In this document: positions 1 to 9,755 of the stretch, piece by piece | How the letters are laid out: every line of letters starts with the position of its first letter | Numbering within the stretch: the stretch's first letter is position 1 | NCBI GenBank assembly: GCA_963709345.1 | Contig: CAVPVX010000002.1 | Coordinates: forward strand, 352,001-416,000 | Direction of reading: 5' to 3' | Origin: an uncultured Actinomycetes bacterium | GTDB lineage: Bacteria > Actinomycetota > Thermoleophilia > UBA2241 | DNA: 64,000 bases | The notes under the pieces: generated by a model | Told to the model about the DNA's origin: nothing | Database searches by the model: none | Seen by the model: only the letters and a program-made list of their open reading frames with translations | Made by a program: the position numbers and the translations under genes

Positions 1-1320
1 GAGGCGCACCGGCTTGACAACGACGAGCGTCGCTTCCGCGTCGCCGCACCGCAGCCGGTAGTCGCCCGCCGAACCCGGCGTGAATGTATAGGAGAGGGAC
101 TCCGCCACGCCGGGACGCACCTCCACCGGTTGTGCATCGAGCTCGCTGCCGTCCGCTTCGAGGACGCCGGGGAAGGTGCCGGAGATGTCACCCGAGTTGT
201 CCACCGAGGTCTCGACCGCGACAGTGTCCCCTATCTTTGCGATAGTCGGCGTGATCACCAGCTCGGCGACGTGGTACTCCGGCGGCCTCACGGCCCGGGC
301 GGTGATCTCGGAGCCGCCAACGACCAGCTTCGTGAGACCGGGGTCGGCGCTGGACGGCAACTGCAGATCGACGCCGGCCGATTCTCCCGCGCCAAGTCGC
401 AAGCTCACCTGGGACTGGCCGTCGCCGTCGACCGAGTACGGCGAGCTGAAGGTCCCGCCGAACAGGCCGTGGTTGACGACCTGGACACGCATCTCCGGAG
501 ACTCGTCCAGCACGATGCGGGTGTCGGTCGGGGCGAGCACCTCGTAGTGCGGCATCCACCAGAGACCTGCCGCGGCGAGGAGCAGGACGCCGCACAGCAC
601 GCCCGAGACGACGAGCGTGGCGCGCTGGCCCATCGCCGAGATCCAGCGCCGAGCAGCGTCCGGCTTGAGCGCCGCCGCAATGAACACGGTTGCGGCGATG
701 ACGGCGGCCGCCGTGGCGACCATGCCGGCGGCGTCACGCAAGCGACCGGAAGCCAGGGCGAAGGCGATGGCGGAGAGCACGCCGAGAGCCACCACGACGA
801 CGACCGGCAGCACCCAGCCGGGCCGCACGCCCGGCGGACTCGGTGTGGCGGCCGTAGCGGCTTCGGGCGCCGCGGAGTACTGCGGAGCTGCGCCCGGCTG
901 GGGCGCGGGGGCGTACGGCGGAGCCGCGCCCGGAGCGGGCGCCGTGGCAGGCGGCGCCTCGGCGGCGGACGGGACGGAAACGAGTGGCGGCTGCACGGCC
1001 GGGGTGGGCGTCACCGGCGCGGGCGGCGTCTGAGCAGGCGCGGGCTGGGCTGCGGCAGGCTCCGCGGCCGGTGGAGTCACGACGGGCGGCGGCGCCGCGG
1101 CAGGCGGCTCCGCTGCGGGCGGCGGCGCCGGGAGTCCGGCGGTCTGGTAGACCCACTCGCGCAGGCCGTCGTAGGCCCACTGCAGATGCCCCGATCCGTC
1201 GTACCCGGCGACGTCCCGGGCAGTCACGGGGCCGTGGCCCTCCAGCGTGAACCGGCCCTCGTCGTACGTGATCGTCTTGCCCACCCACCCCGTAGTAGGC
1301 CCGAACGTGGCGATGACCAT
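1..1320 (-). CDS. Membrane protein with Pro/Ala-rich linker, about 3 TM helices and CARDB-like Ig domains; 3' end runs off the window
   Basis: Not in the ORF track because it has no stop in the window. Hand translation from ATG 1320 (GGGAGG RBS) gives MVIATFGPTTGWVGKTITYDEGRF..., a PAAEPP-rich stretch, hydrophobic segments, then Ig-like VQVVNHGLFGG and TSVDNSGDISG, open to position 1. Confidence 0.7.
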   Translation of the reverse strand, partial: MVIATFGPTTGWVGKTITYDEGRFTLEGHGPVTARDVAGYDGSGHLQWAYDGLREWVYQTAGLPAPPPAAEPPAAAPPPVVTPPAAEPAAAQPAPAQTPPAPVTPTPAVQPPLVSVPSAAEAPPATAPAPGAAPPYAPAPQPGAAPQYSAAPEAATAATPSPPGVRPGWVLPVVVVVALGVLSAIAFALASGRLRDAAGMVATAAAVIAATVFIAAALKPDAARRWISAMGQRATLVVSGVLCGVLLLAAAGLWWMPHYEVLAPTDTRIVLDESPEMRVQVVNHGLFGGTFSSPYSVDGDGQSQVSLRLGAGESAGVDLQLPSSADPGLTKLVVGGSEITARAVRPPEYHVAELVITPTIAKIGDTVAVETSVDNSGDISGTFPGVLEADGSELDAQPVEVRPGVAESLSYTFTPGSAGDYRLRCGDAEATLVVVKPVRL

Positions 1321-1528
1321 CGTCCCTCCCAATGGACGGCGCCGTCCACACACGGCACTCGCCGCCGGAACGGCGTTGTTTGGCTCCAGCCGAGTCGGCC
1401 CCGACCCGGCACCCCGGAGTGTACCCGAGCCGGCGGCGTGCTCACAGTTCAGTCACGGATGGCCCGCCGGGGTCGGACGACCACCAAACGGTCGTCATCT
1501 CGTGCAGAGCGCCATCCGAGAGCTCAGC

Positions 1529-2881
1529 CTACGCATCGTCGTGCTGAGGCGGCGCGGACACGAGACCGGGGTCCGCGTCGGACTCGTCGCCCTCGTCCAA
1601 TCCGTTCAACGGAGTGGCCAGATCCAGGACGAGCGACGCCTCGTCGTCCGGCAACTGCTCGACCGAGCGCAGACGGCGCTCCATGGCGCGCGTGCGCACG
1701 CCGGTCTGCTCGATGGTGCGGCTGGCAATGTCGAGTTGGCGCTTGACCCTGTCCAGCACCTCGCCGAATCTGGCGAACTCGGTCTTGACGGCCCCGAGCA
1801 CCCGCCAGACCTCCACCGCCTGCTGCTCGATCGCCAAGGTCTGGAAGCCCATGCGGAGACTGCTGAGGAGCGCCGCAAGGATCGACGGGCCGGCGACGAC
1901 GACCCGGTAGCGGTGCTGCAGGTCGTCGATGAGCGCCGGCTGGCGGGCCACCTCGGCGTACAAGCCCTCGGTGGCGAGGAACATGATCGCGAAATCGGTC
2001 GTGTGAGGTGGCTTGACGTACTTGCTGTAGATGTCCTGCGCCGCGACGCGGATGGCGCGCGCCAGGGCCTCGACGGCGCGCTGCGTAGCCTCGGGGTCGC
2101 CGGCGTCGGCGGCATCCTGGATGCGCAGGTAGTCCTCCTGCGGCAGCTTGGAGTCGATGGGCAGCCAGACGCAGGCGCCGGGCTCGTCCTTGGGGCCTGG
2201 GAGCCTGACGGCGAACTCGACCACCTCGCGGGAGCCCTGCTCGACGTGGACGTTGCGCTCAAACTGGCCGGGCGCGAGGATCTCCTCGAGCAGCGCGCCC
2301 AGCTGGACCTCGGCCCAGGTGCCGCGCGCCTTGACGTTGGTGAGCACGCGCTTGAGGTCGCCGACCCCGTTCGCGAGGCTCTGCATCTCGCCGAGGCCCT
2401 TCTGCACCGACTCGAGCTGGTCGCTGACGAGCTTGAACGACTCGCCGAGTCGCTTCTCGAGCGTCGTCTGGAGCTTCTCGTCGACGGTCTTGCGCATCTC
2501 CTCCAGCCGCTTCTCGTTGCCGTCCTGCAGTTCGCGGACGCGAGTGTCGACGGTGGCGCGGATGAGGTTCAGCGACGCCTGGTTGGACTCGCTCAGCTCC
2601 TTGAGGCCCTTCGCGAGCCCGTCGAGCTGGGTGCGCTGCACCTCGCCCATGCTCGCGAGCGTCAGCGCGAGGGTCTCGTTGGCCGAGGCCAGGCCCTTGG
2701 TGAGCTCGGCCCGGGAGTCGCTCGCCGCCCGGCCGGCCTCTTCGCGGGCGGCGCGGAGCTCGCCGCGCAGCGGGTCGGCGCGGCCCGAGGAGGTTCGCGC
2801 CGACCGCGCCAGGAGCACGACGAGCAGCACGGCGTTCACCGCGACCAGGGCCAGAAGCAGCCAGAGGATGGTGTCGCTCAT
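1529..2881 (-). CDS. rmuC: DNA recombination protein RmuC
   Basis: N-terminal TM helix, coiled coil, motifs NVKARGTWAEVQL, LPIDSKLPQEDY, TTDFAIMFLATEGLYAE, SSLRMGFQTLAI; ends in TAG. Confidence 0.93.
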   Translation of the reverse strand: MSDTILWLLLALVAVNAVLLVVLLARSARTSSGRADPLRGELRAAREEAGRAASDSRAELTKGLASANETLALTLASMGEVQRTQLDGLAKGLKELSESNQASLNLIRATVDTRVRELQDGNEKRLEEMRKTVDEKLQTTLEKRLGESFKLVSDQLESVQKGLGEMQSLANGVGDLKRVLTNVKARGTWAEVQLGALLEEILAPGQFERNVHVEQGSREVVEFAVRLPGPKDEPGACVWLPIDSKLPQEDYLRIQDAADAGDPEATQRAVEALARAIRVAAQDIYSKYVKPPHTTDFAIMFLATEGLYAEVARQPALIDDLQHRYRVVVAGPSILAALLSSLRMGFQTLAIEQQAVEVWRVLGAVKTEFARFGEVLDRVKRQLDIASRTIEQTGVRTRAMERRLRSVEQLPDDEASLVLDLATPLNGLDEGDESDADPGLVSAPPQHDDA

Positions 2882-3033
2882 TGGTCACGCTCCCTGCGTC
2901 GGCGGTCGGACTGGGCGTGGACGCGCATACGCTCAGCGTCATCGTACCGGAAGGCGAAGACGGACCGCGCGGCGGCCGGTGCGCCCCACATGCGCTAGAG
3001 TCATGGGCGAAACAGCGTTGAAAGGTCCCTGCC

Positions 3034-4021
3034 CTGTCGCTCCTTGTCTGGGTCGCCATAGCGTTCGCGATGGTCGCCGGCGCCGGCGGCAACGTGCTCG
3101 TCAACAAGCGCCTGACCACGTGCCTCGACCCGGTGGCCGCCAACATGCTGGTTCGCGGGGTCTCCATCACGACCATCGTCCTGGTGACGACGCCGCTCAC
3201 GGTGTTCCACCTGTGGTCCCTCACCTACGACATGACGTGGGAGGCGACCGCCTACGTTGCCCTCATCGCGATCGTCGGCTGGCTCGTGGCCCAGAACGCG
3301 TACTACTACGCCCTTCGCTCCGGCCGCGTCACCGTGGTCTCTCCCATCACCAGCACCAACCTGCTCTTCACCGCTCTCTTCGCGACGATCCTGGTCGGAG
3401 CGGTCCTCGGCCTGCTGACCCTGGCCGGCCTCCTGGTCGCCGCCGCCGGGATCGTCTTCATCGCGCGCGTGGACCGACGCGACAAGGTCGTGGCCGAAGG
3501 CCTGGACGCCCAGCCGGTGCTCCTGCCTGCAGACGAGACGATGGTCGAACCGCCGGACTGGACGAAGTCCGTCCCACTCGTGGTGCTGCTCGCGCTGGCC
3601 AGCGCCGTCGGCTGGGGCCTCGGCCCGGTGCTCATCCAGCTGGCCCAGCAGTCGCTCGGAGGCACCACCGTGCCGATGGTCCTCATCGCGCAGGGGCTGG
3701 GATTCCTGCTGCTCGCGGGGTTCGTCGTGACTCCGCCGCGTGCCTCTGGCGACGCGCGAGCTGACGCATACCGAGCGCCGACGGGCGCTGCGGTTCGTGC
3801 TCATCGCCGGCTCGTTCGAGGGCGCCTTCGCCATCCTCTTCTATCTCGTCGTCGAGAATCTCGGCTCGGTGCTGACGGCGATGATCGTGGCCACGACGCC
3901 GATCTTCGCGATCGTCTGGAGCGCCGTGTTCCTGAGCGATCGCCTCAGCCGCCGTCTGGCGATCGCCATCGCGATCACGCTCCTCGGCGTCTTTCTCGCC
4001 ATCGTGGACAAGCTCCTCTGA
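3034..4021 (+). pseudogene. EamA/DMT family transporter with a frameshift near 3730 (or a sequencing error)
   Basis: First EamA repeat is in the 3070 frame (YYYALRSGRVTVVSPITSTNLLF); the end of the second repeat is in the 3740-4021 frame (TPIFAIVWSAVFLSDRL). One extra A in GTG-A-CTC-CGC at about 3730 separates them. Start is ATG 3070 or CTG 3034. Confidence 0.75.
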
Positions 4022-4551
4022 TGGCCGGCGCGCGGCCGACGACGGCGCGGTTCCGCCGCCGCTACTACGCACGTCCCGGCCCGTTCCTGTGGGACGCGCG
4101 CGCCATCCTGGCGCGCCGGGCGCTGGTGCGGCGCGCCATGCGCGGATTCGTCGCGCCCGGCTTTCGGGAGCGCCTGATGATGATCGTGACGGAGGTCAAC
4201 GGCTGCCGCTACTGCAGCTACTACCACGCACGTGAGTCGCTCGCCGCAGGCGTCCCGGAGGCGGAGTTGCGCGAGTTGCTCGCGGGGTCGATCCCGAGCG
4301 ACGCACCGGCGGAGGAGTTGCCGGCGCTCCTGTACGCCCGGCACTGGGCGGAGACCGACGCCCGGCCGGACCACGACGCGGACCGGCGCCTGACAGAGGT
4401 CTACGGCGGCGAGAAGGCCGAGGCGATCCGCGTCGTCCTGCGCATGATCCGCGTGGGCAACCTGCTCGGCAACTCCGCCGACTACCTGCTCTACCGGCTG
4501 ACGCTCGGCCGCTTCGGACTGCGCGCGGACGAGGCGCGGTTCGGCGGCTGA
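4021..4551 (+). CDS. Carboxymuconolactone decarboxylase / AhpD-like protein
   Basis: ATG overlaps the upstream TGA; motif RERLMMIVTEVNGCRYCSYYH (CxxC..H). Confidence 0.85.
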   Translation: MAGARPTTARFRRRYYARPGPFLWDARAILARRALVRRAMRGFVAPGFRERLMMIVTEVNGCRYCSYYHARESLAAGVPEAELRELLAGSIPSDAPAEELPALLYARHWAETDARPDHDADRRLTEVYGGEKAEAIRVVLRMIRVGNLLGNSADYLLYRLTLGRFGLRADEARFGG

Positions 4552-4588
4552 CGCGCCGGCGCGGCTCACGGCGCCCGGACGAGGCCCT

Positions 4589-5581
4589 CTACCGCACCCT
4601 CATGGTGCGCAGCGCCGAGGTCACCGCCGCGTGGTCGGCGTCGGCCGGGGCATACGCGCGGAGCCTCCAGCGACCCGTCTTGCCCAGGGCGAAGCGCGCC
4701 ACGTAGCGGGTCGCGCCGGCCGAGTCGCGGTTGGTCGCCGCGACGGTCCGCTTGAGCACCCAGGACCTGCCGTTGAAGCGGTAGCAGCGGATGAAGACCG
4801 AGTGGGCGCCGGCGGGGTGTCGCGGCGAGAGCTCGCCCACGACGTAGAAGCGCCTGTCGGCGACGACCCTCGCGGGCGCCCTCGGCGCGCTCAGCGCCGG
4901 CTTCGGCCGCGGCGCCGGGCTCCAGTAGTTCGCCGGCTCCGGCGTGGGGACCGTGACTCCGAAGCCGTTCCTGAGCCACGTCTTGGGCACCGGCGTGACG
5001 GGAACGCCGGTCCACCAGCCCTCGGGGCCGGAAGCGATGTGCCCCCAGACCTTGTACGGGTACTCGTTGTACGCGACCCAGCCGTTATAGGCCCACACCG
5101 CGTAGAACCAGTTCTCGTACCAGTGCTTGTCGCCGTCGCCGATGACCGGGATGACCGACGGAGCGTAGTTCCACTTGACGAGGAGGATGTCCGCACCCAC
5201 GGCGATGTTGTAGTCGATGTCGGTCTTGAGGCGCTCGACGTCGACGCCGGCGGGGATCGTGGTCACCTGCATGATGCCGATGCCGTTATCGCCGCTGATG
5301 AGCGGGTCGCCGGCAGCCGTGAACTGCCGCCACGTGCTCTCCTGGAAGGCGATGCCGTAGAGGATCTTGGGCGGGATGTCGCGGGCGACGGCGGCGCTGC
5401 TCAGCTTGGCGCGGATCTCCGCCGTCGTGGGGTTGACATACGGGCCGGCGGAGGCCGGAGCGGCGAAGACGGCGGCCACCACGACGAGAGCCGCGGCGAG
5501 GGTCGCGCCCAGCGCGACGGCGGCCACGGCGGCACGGCGGCGACACGGCGGCGCGACTGAGCGTGGGCACAGGGACTCCAT
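4589..5581 (-). CDS. Secreted lytic transglycosylase (SLT domain) with C-terminal Ig-like domain
   Basis: Signal peptide ending AAPASA; IAFQESTWRQF, GIGIMQV, YNIAVGADIL, AVWAYNG. Confidence 0.8.
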   Translation of the reverse strand: MESLCPRSVAPPCRRRAAVAAVALGATLAAALVVVAAVFAAPASAGPYVNPTTAEIRAKLSSAAVARDIPPKILYGIAFQESTWRQFTAAGDPLISGDNGIGIMQVTTIPAGVDVERLKTDIDYNIAVGADILLVKWNYAPSVIPVIGDGDKHWYENWFYAVWAYNGWVAYNEYPYKVWGHIASGPEGWWTGVPVTPVPKTWLRNGFGVTVPTPEPANYWSPAPRPKPALSAPRAPARVVADRRFYVVGELSPRHPAGAHSVFIRCYRFNGRSWVLKRTVAATNRDSAGATRYVARFALGKTGRWRLRAYAPADADHAAVTSALRTMRVR

Positions 5582-6279
5582 ACTCCTACCAGTGTAGCGC
5601 GCCTCGGGCGGTCCGGCCTCCCGGCGGCCGGGCCCGACGCCTCCCGGCTGATCCGGCGGCGCAGCACGGCGACGCGCTCGCGCACCGGCGTCGCCGGCAT
5701 GCCCTTGCTGTTGAGCGGCGGGTCGAGCCGCTCGAGGACCGCGCGCTCGAGCCCCGCGAGGGTGTCGCGGTCGTCGTGCGGGTGGACGGCCACGGCGAGG
5801 TGCTCGCGCATCCACGCGCTGAGCGCCTGCTCGGACGCCGGCGTGACGAGCATCGCCGCCTGGCCCTGCAGCTCGAGTGAGTCGAAGAGGATCGCGGCGA
5901 GCGTCCAGCGCAGGGTGGACATGCGGATCTTGCCGCCGAGGTGCACCCGGGCGATCCGATCGCCGAGGCCGCCGGCGCCGGCCTTGCCGGAGGGCCACTG
6001 CGTGGCTCCGGCCTGCCCGGCATGGATGCGCCCGGGCTCGACGGCGAGGCCGAAGTCGAGCCCGCGCGAGAGGTCGGCGGCGCCGGCTTCGTCGACCCAC
6101 CAGGCGTAGAGCCCCGGCCGGTCCAGACACGTGACGCCGGCCGGCCACTCGCCCGCCGGCATGAGCTCCGGGGAGACGTCGAGGTCGTCGAGGGCAGTCC
6201 ACGCGTCGCGCTCCTGCCACTGCGGAGGTCGGCCGGCCGGGTCATCCGGTGGCATCTGTCCGGCGCTCGGATCCATCAT
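5401..6279 (-). CDS. GIY-YIG-like nuclease family protein; the C-terminal extension overlaps the next gene
   Basis: PGLYAWWVD...RIHAGQAG...STLRWTLAAIL...LERAVLERLDPPLN; the second Tyr of the motif is replaced by His. Confidence 0.6.
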   Translation of the reverse strand: MMDPSAGQMPPDDPAGRPPQWQERDAWTALDDLDVSPELMPAGEWPAGVTCLDRPGLYAWWVDEAGAADLSRGLDFGLAVEPGRIHAGQAGATQWPSGKAGAGGLGDRIARVHLGGKIRMSTLRWTLAAILFDSLELQGQAAMLVTPASEQALSAWMREHLAVAVHPHDDRDTLAGLERAVLERLDPPLNSKGMPATPVRERVAVLRRRISREASGPAAGRPDRPRRATLVGVWSPCAHAQSRRRVAAVPPWPPSRWARPSPRLSSWWPPSSPLRPPPARMSTPRRRRSAPS

Positions 6280-6541
6280 GATTCCTCTTCTCTACGGCGA
6301 CTCATTGGGCGACACGGGCCGTACACCGCTACGCTACCTGCCCCTGTCACAGCAGGAAAGCGCGACGGCTCCAGACGGGACCCGAGGCGCCGGCCCAGCC
6401 ACTCGACGTCGCCTTGGCAGTGAACGCTCTCCGCGACCCGCCATGGACCGCGGCGCACGCGCAGCGGATCCTGCGACCAGCGCCGGCGAGAGATGGACCT
6501 GCCGGGCTCCGCAGGACACACCGACACCCTGAGGGGGAAGC

Positions 6542-6915
6542 ATGGCCGCACGTCTCGCTCGTCTCACCCGCCCCACGCCGACGCGGATGCTGCTTGTCGC
6601 GCTACCGCTGGTCGTGGCGCTCGTTGCGACGGCGGTGGCCGCCGCCCCCGCGAGCGCCGCCACCTCGGCCGACCACTTCTTCATCTCGGGCATCGGCCCC
6701 ACGTACGCGACTGGGCACTCCTTCAGCGGATTCGCTGCCAACACCATCGCCACCGATACGAGCGGCAACGTGTTCGTCACGCCGGGCTCCACCTCCACGG
6801 GTTGGTTCAGGAACTCCATGCCGTCGACGGCGAGGACGCCGTCGAACGTGGCGGCATGTCGCCGGTGTTCGTCACAGACGTCTCCAGCACCGAGAGAATA
6901 GACAAGGGGAGCTGA
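6542..6915 (+). pseudogene. Truncated, frameshifted secreted NHL/beta-propeller repeat protein
   Basis: GAGGGGG RBS, signal peptide (AAAPASA), repeat-like TIATDTSGNVFVT, and in another frame VFVTDVSSTERIDK; ends where GC drops. Confidence 0.45.
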
Positions 6916-6938
6916 GAAAAGCATTCTCAGCTCCCCTT
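6904..6938 (-). terminator. Intrinsic terminator downstream of the RidA-repeat gene
   Basis: 15-bp perfect inverted repeat AAGGGGAGCTGAGAA / TTCTCAGCTCCCCTT with a 5-nt loop. Confidence 0.75.
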
Positions 6939-7027
6939 TCCACAGTCAGGTGTGCGCCTTCACATTCACCTTCGGCACCAACAAGTAGCTCTGACAGTTC
7001 CTGTCCTTCCTTACGGACAGATGCCTG

Positions 7028-8291
7028 TCACGCCAGTGGAGGTGTTCCTTCCTCGTTTGCCACGACTGCATCGATTTGGACCAAAGCATCCATAGGCAGG
7101 GCTGAAACGCCAACCGTCCTTCGTGCAGGAACCCCGCCGGGGAAGAACGTCGCGTAAGCCTCGTCTACGGCAGCCATATCTGAGACGTTCTTGACGGCAA
7201 TGTTCACTTTCACCACATCGTCCATAGCGTGGTCGATGCTCTCCACAATTGCCTTGATATTGTTCAGGCACTGTGCAGCCTGCTCCTTCACACCGCCGGT
7301 CACCATCTTGCCAGAGCCTGAATCGACACCCAATTGGGCAGAAATGTGATTGTAATGAGAAAACGCTACAGTCTGTGTAGATAGAGCACTCTTCGGTGCA
7401 CTATCAGTGTTGTTTGCTTCTATGACGAGCTTGACCGTGTCTGCAACCGGTTGTGGGGGCGTCCCGTCTCCGTGTGACAGAACTGCTTCAACCTGTACCA
7501 AAGCTTCCATAGGCAAAGCTGACGCTGCTACTGTTGTCAGTGCAGGAACATAGGTCGGGAAACATGCTCTATACACTTCTGTCGCAACTTCAATATCTGA
7601 GAAGATTCGTACCGAATATGGTGATTCTGACAACATCGTCCATGACATGGCCGATACTGTCCAGAATCGCCTTGATATTGTCGAAGCACTGTCCAGCCTG
7701 CTCTCTTGCACCACCAGGTACCAGTTTGCCGGACCTCGGATCGATACCGATTTGGGCAGAGATATTGTTGTAATGAGAAAACGCCACAGTCTGTGTGGAC
7801 AGAGAACTCTTTGGTGCATTTTCCGTGTCTCTCGCAACCTTCACGAGTCCTCCACGGACGTCGCCTGCTTGTGGTGCGTTCGGAATGGTACCTTCACCGT
7901 TTGAAACAAGTGCTTCAATTTGCACCAGAGCATCCATAGGCAAAGCGGCGACTGCAACTGTCGTCCGCGTAGGCTTATAGATTGTTGGGAAGAACGCTTG
8001 ATACACTTCGTCTACAGCTTCAGTATCTGAGATATTCTTGAGGAATACAGTGACTCTGACAACATCGTCCATAGCATGGTTGATACTGTCTAGAATCGCC
8101 TTGATATTGTTGAAGCACTGTCCCGCCTGCTCCTTTGCACCACCAGCTACCATTTGACCCGATTTTGGATCGATAGGCAATTGGGCTGAGAGATTGTTGT
8201 AGTGAGAGAAGGCTACAGTCTGTGAATACGGACCTATGCCTCTTGGAGCACTTGCCGCATCTCTTGCCAATACTGCGTTATACCCACTCAT
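7028..8291 (-). pseudogene. Three-domain RidA/YjgF/UK114 family protein, frameshifted near 7601
   Basis: Three copies of SQTVAFSHYNxxSAQ...MDDVV...ALPMxALVQ. ORFs 7590-8345 and 7028-7837 join if one base is removed at CTT-C-TCA. ATG 8291 has an AGAGG RBS. Confidence 0.85.
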
Positions 8292-8413
8292 GACAGCATT
8301 CCTCTTTTCGGTTGTAGTGTTGACAAAAGGAAAGGTAACCCACATTCAGGTCACCTGTATTCCCGCAATCGCCTGCTATTTCGCAGAGGTCTTCTGCCAG
8401 CTATTGTATGATC

Positions 8414-8930
8414 TTACTCAGCTTTGCCTCCCGACGCCGTCTGTGACCGCCGCAGCTGCTGCTTCGTCCGCGCTCTACCAGGGTAGCGGGCGCTGAGGGC
8501 TGCCGGCCGGCACAGCGAGAGATAGGGTGGCAGCCGCCGCCGAATGGCAACCCGGCCGGTGAGAGACTCCGTCACGCCAGTGGCCGACATCACGTTCTGC
8601 GAAACGGCAACCACGAATTGGCCCCGGCGCTCGCGGTGAGCGCCGATGAGCTCCTGGTTGTGGGGCAGAAGCGACGGCACGTTCCGGATCTCGTAGAGCA
8701 CCACCGGCGGCGCTTACTGACGGAGAAAGCCACGGGGCATCCTCCGTGGCCGAGGCGCGCACGTCGGGAGCTTCGAGCGAAACGTAGGCGTGGGTGCCGG
8801 CGAGCGCGCGGCGGAGATGGGTTGTCTTGCCCGACTGTCGCGGTCCCGTGAGCAGGACAGCCGGGAACTGCGCGACGGCCCGCGCAAGAAAAGGCTCGAG
8901 TGTGCGAGTGGTGTACGGAACGGCGTCCAT
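8414..8930 (-). pseudogene. Degenerate AAA_14/DUF4143-type ATPase, N-terminal part only
   Basis: LLTGPRQSGKTT Walker A, YVSLEAPDVR, then a frameshift and stop; decayed Walker B region (VVLYEIRNVPSLL) and GQFVVAVSQN...VTESLTGRVAI; no C-terminal half. Confidence 0.8.
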
Positions 8931-9063
8931 GACCCCGCATTCTTGCTGTCAGAAAGCAAGATTGCAAGGTGGTGGACCTAACTGGACAGCTCTCGAACCC
9001 ACGCCTCGAAGTGCGCCGCCCATTCGATACGAACAGCACGGCACGCGGACGCCAAGCACAGCC

Positions 9064-9306
9064 TCACTTCTTCGTAAGGTACACCTCGCCGTTGACTGTG
9101 ACGACGGCGACGCTCTTGAGTCCAAGGGTGGCGATCGCCTTCTTGACGCTGAGGGCGGCACTCGGTTTGACACCTTCGATCTTGGCGTTCTGCAAATCCC
9201 CCTTGGCGAATTCGTCGACAAGGTCGACGTAGATGCTCCTACGGGTGGACTTCGGAATCTCAGCGACGGCCACCAGGTGTGGCTTCGATAGCTGGCTCTT
9301 CGGCAT
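9064..9306 (-). CDS. Small basic hypothetical protein (80 aa)
   Basis: GGAGG RBS 6 nt before ATG 9306; MPKSQLSKPHLVAVAEIPKSTRRSIYVDLVDEF...GEVYLTKK. Confidence 0.65.
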   Translation of the reverse strand: MPKSQLSKPHLVAVAEIPKSTRRSIYVDLVDEFAKGDLQNAKIEGVKPSAALSVKKAIATLGLKSVAVVTVNGEVYLTKK

Positions 9307-9392
9307 GTGTGTCCTCCATGGCTCGGTCAGAATCGCCTGACATTTCAGGGAATTGAGAACCTGCACTGGGCTCCTGCTGGCCGGTCCACATG

Positions 9393-9755
9393 TCACCGGG
9401 ATACGCGCAGGCCGACGGGCACGCCCGCGGCGTCCGGGGCGAAGGTCAAGTTCAAACCCAGAATCCCAGCGCCGCCGCCTGAGGACCAAGTGCCACCACG
9501 AACAATAGCCACGCGACCCGACTTCCCACCGTTTGAATAGAGTTGGCCGATGCCCTGAGTCGAACTCCAACCGCTGGCGCCACATACATCAGTATAGGCA
9601 GGCATAGCACTGGCCGGCGGGCCGTTTTCGAGTAGTGAGCCGATAGTGTATTGGTGCGAAGCATAGGCGACTTCGCCAGACTGGGCTTGAGGACGCCGTT
9701 CTTGAGATGGCCTTGAACTCGTCGGAGATGCCGTGCTCGGCGCGTCTTCATTCAT
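9393..9755 (-). pseudogene. C-terminal fragment of a C-type-lectin-fold (FGE/Mtd-like) protein resembling a DGR target variable region
   Basis: GWSSTQGIGQLYSN...IVRGGTWSSGGGAGILGLNLTFAPDAAGVPVGLRVSR-stop matches the RGGxW...AG...L.L...P......GFRxxR-stop signature. ATG 9755 overlaps the NERD gene stop. Confidence 0.55.

Noticed and set aside
3070-4551. Novel EamA-AhpD fusion protein
   Set aside because: It results from a single-base frameshift; the true EamA C-terminus is in another frame and AhpD has its own coupled ATG.
6300-6540. Cobalamin riboswitch (GCCACT and GACCTGCC words present)
   Set aside because: The core GGGAA..GGTG..AATCC and GGGAAG elements are not in the right arrangement, and the downstream gene is unrelated.
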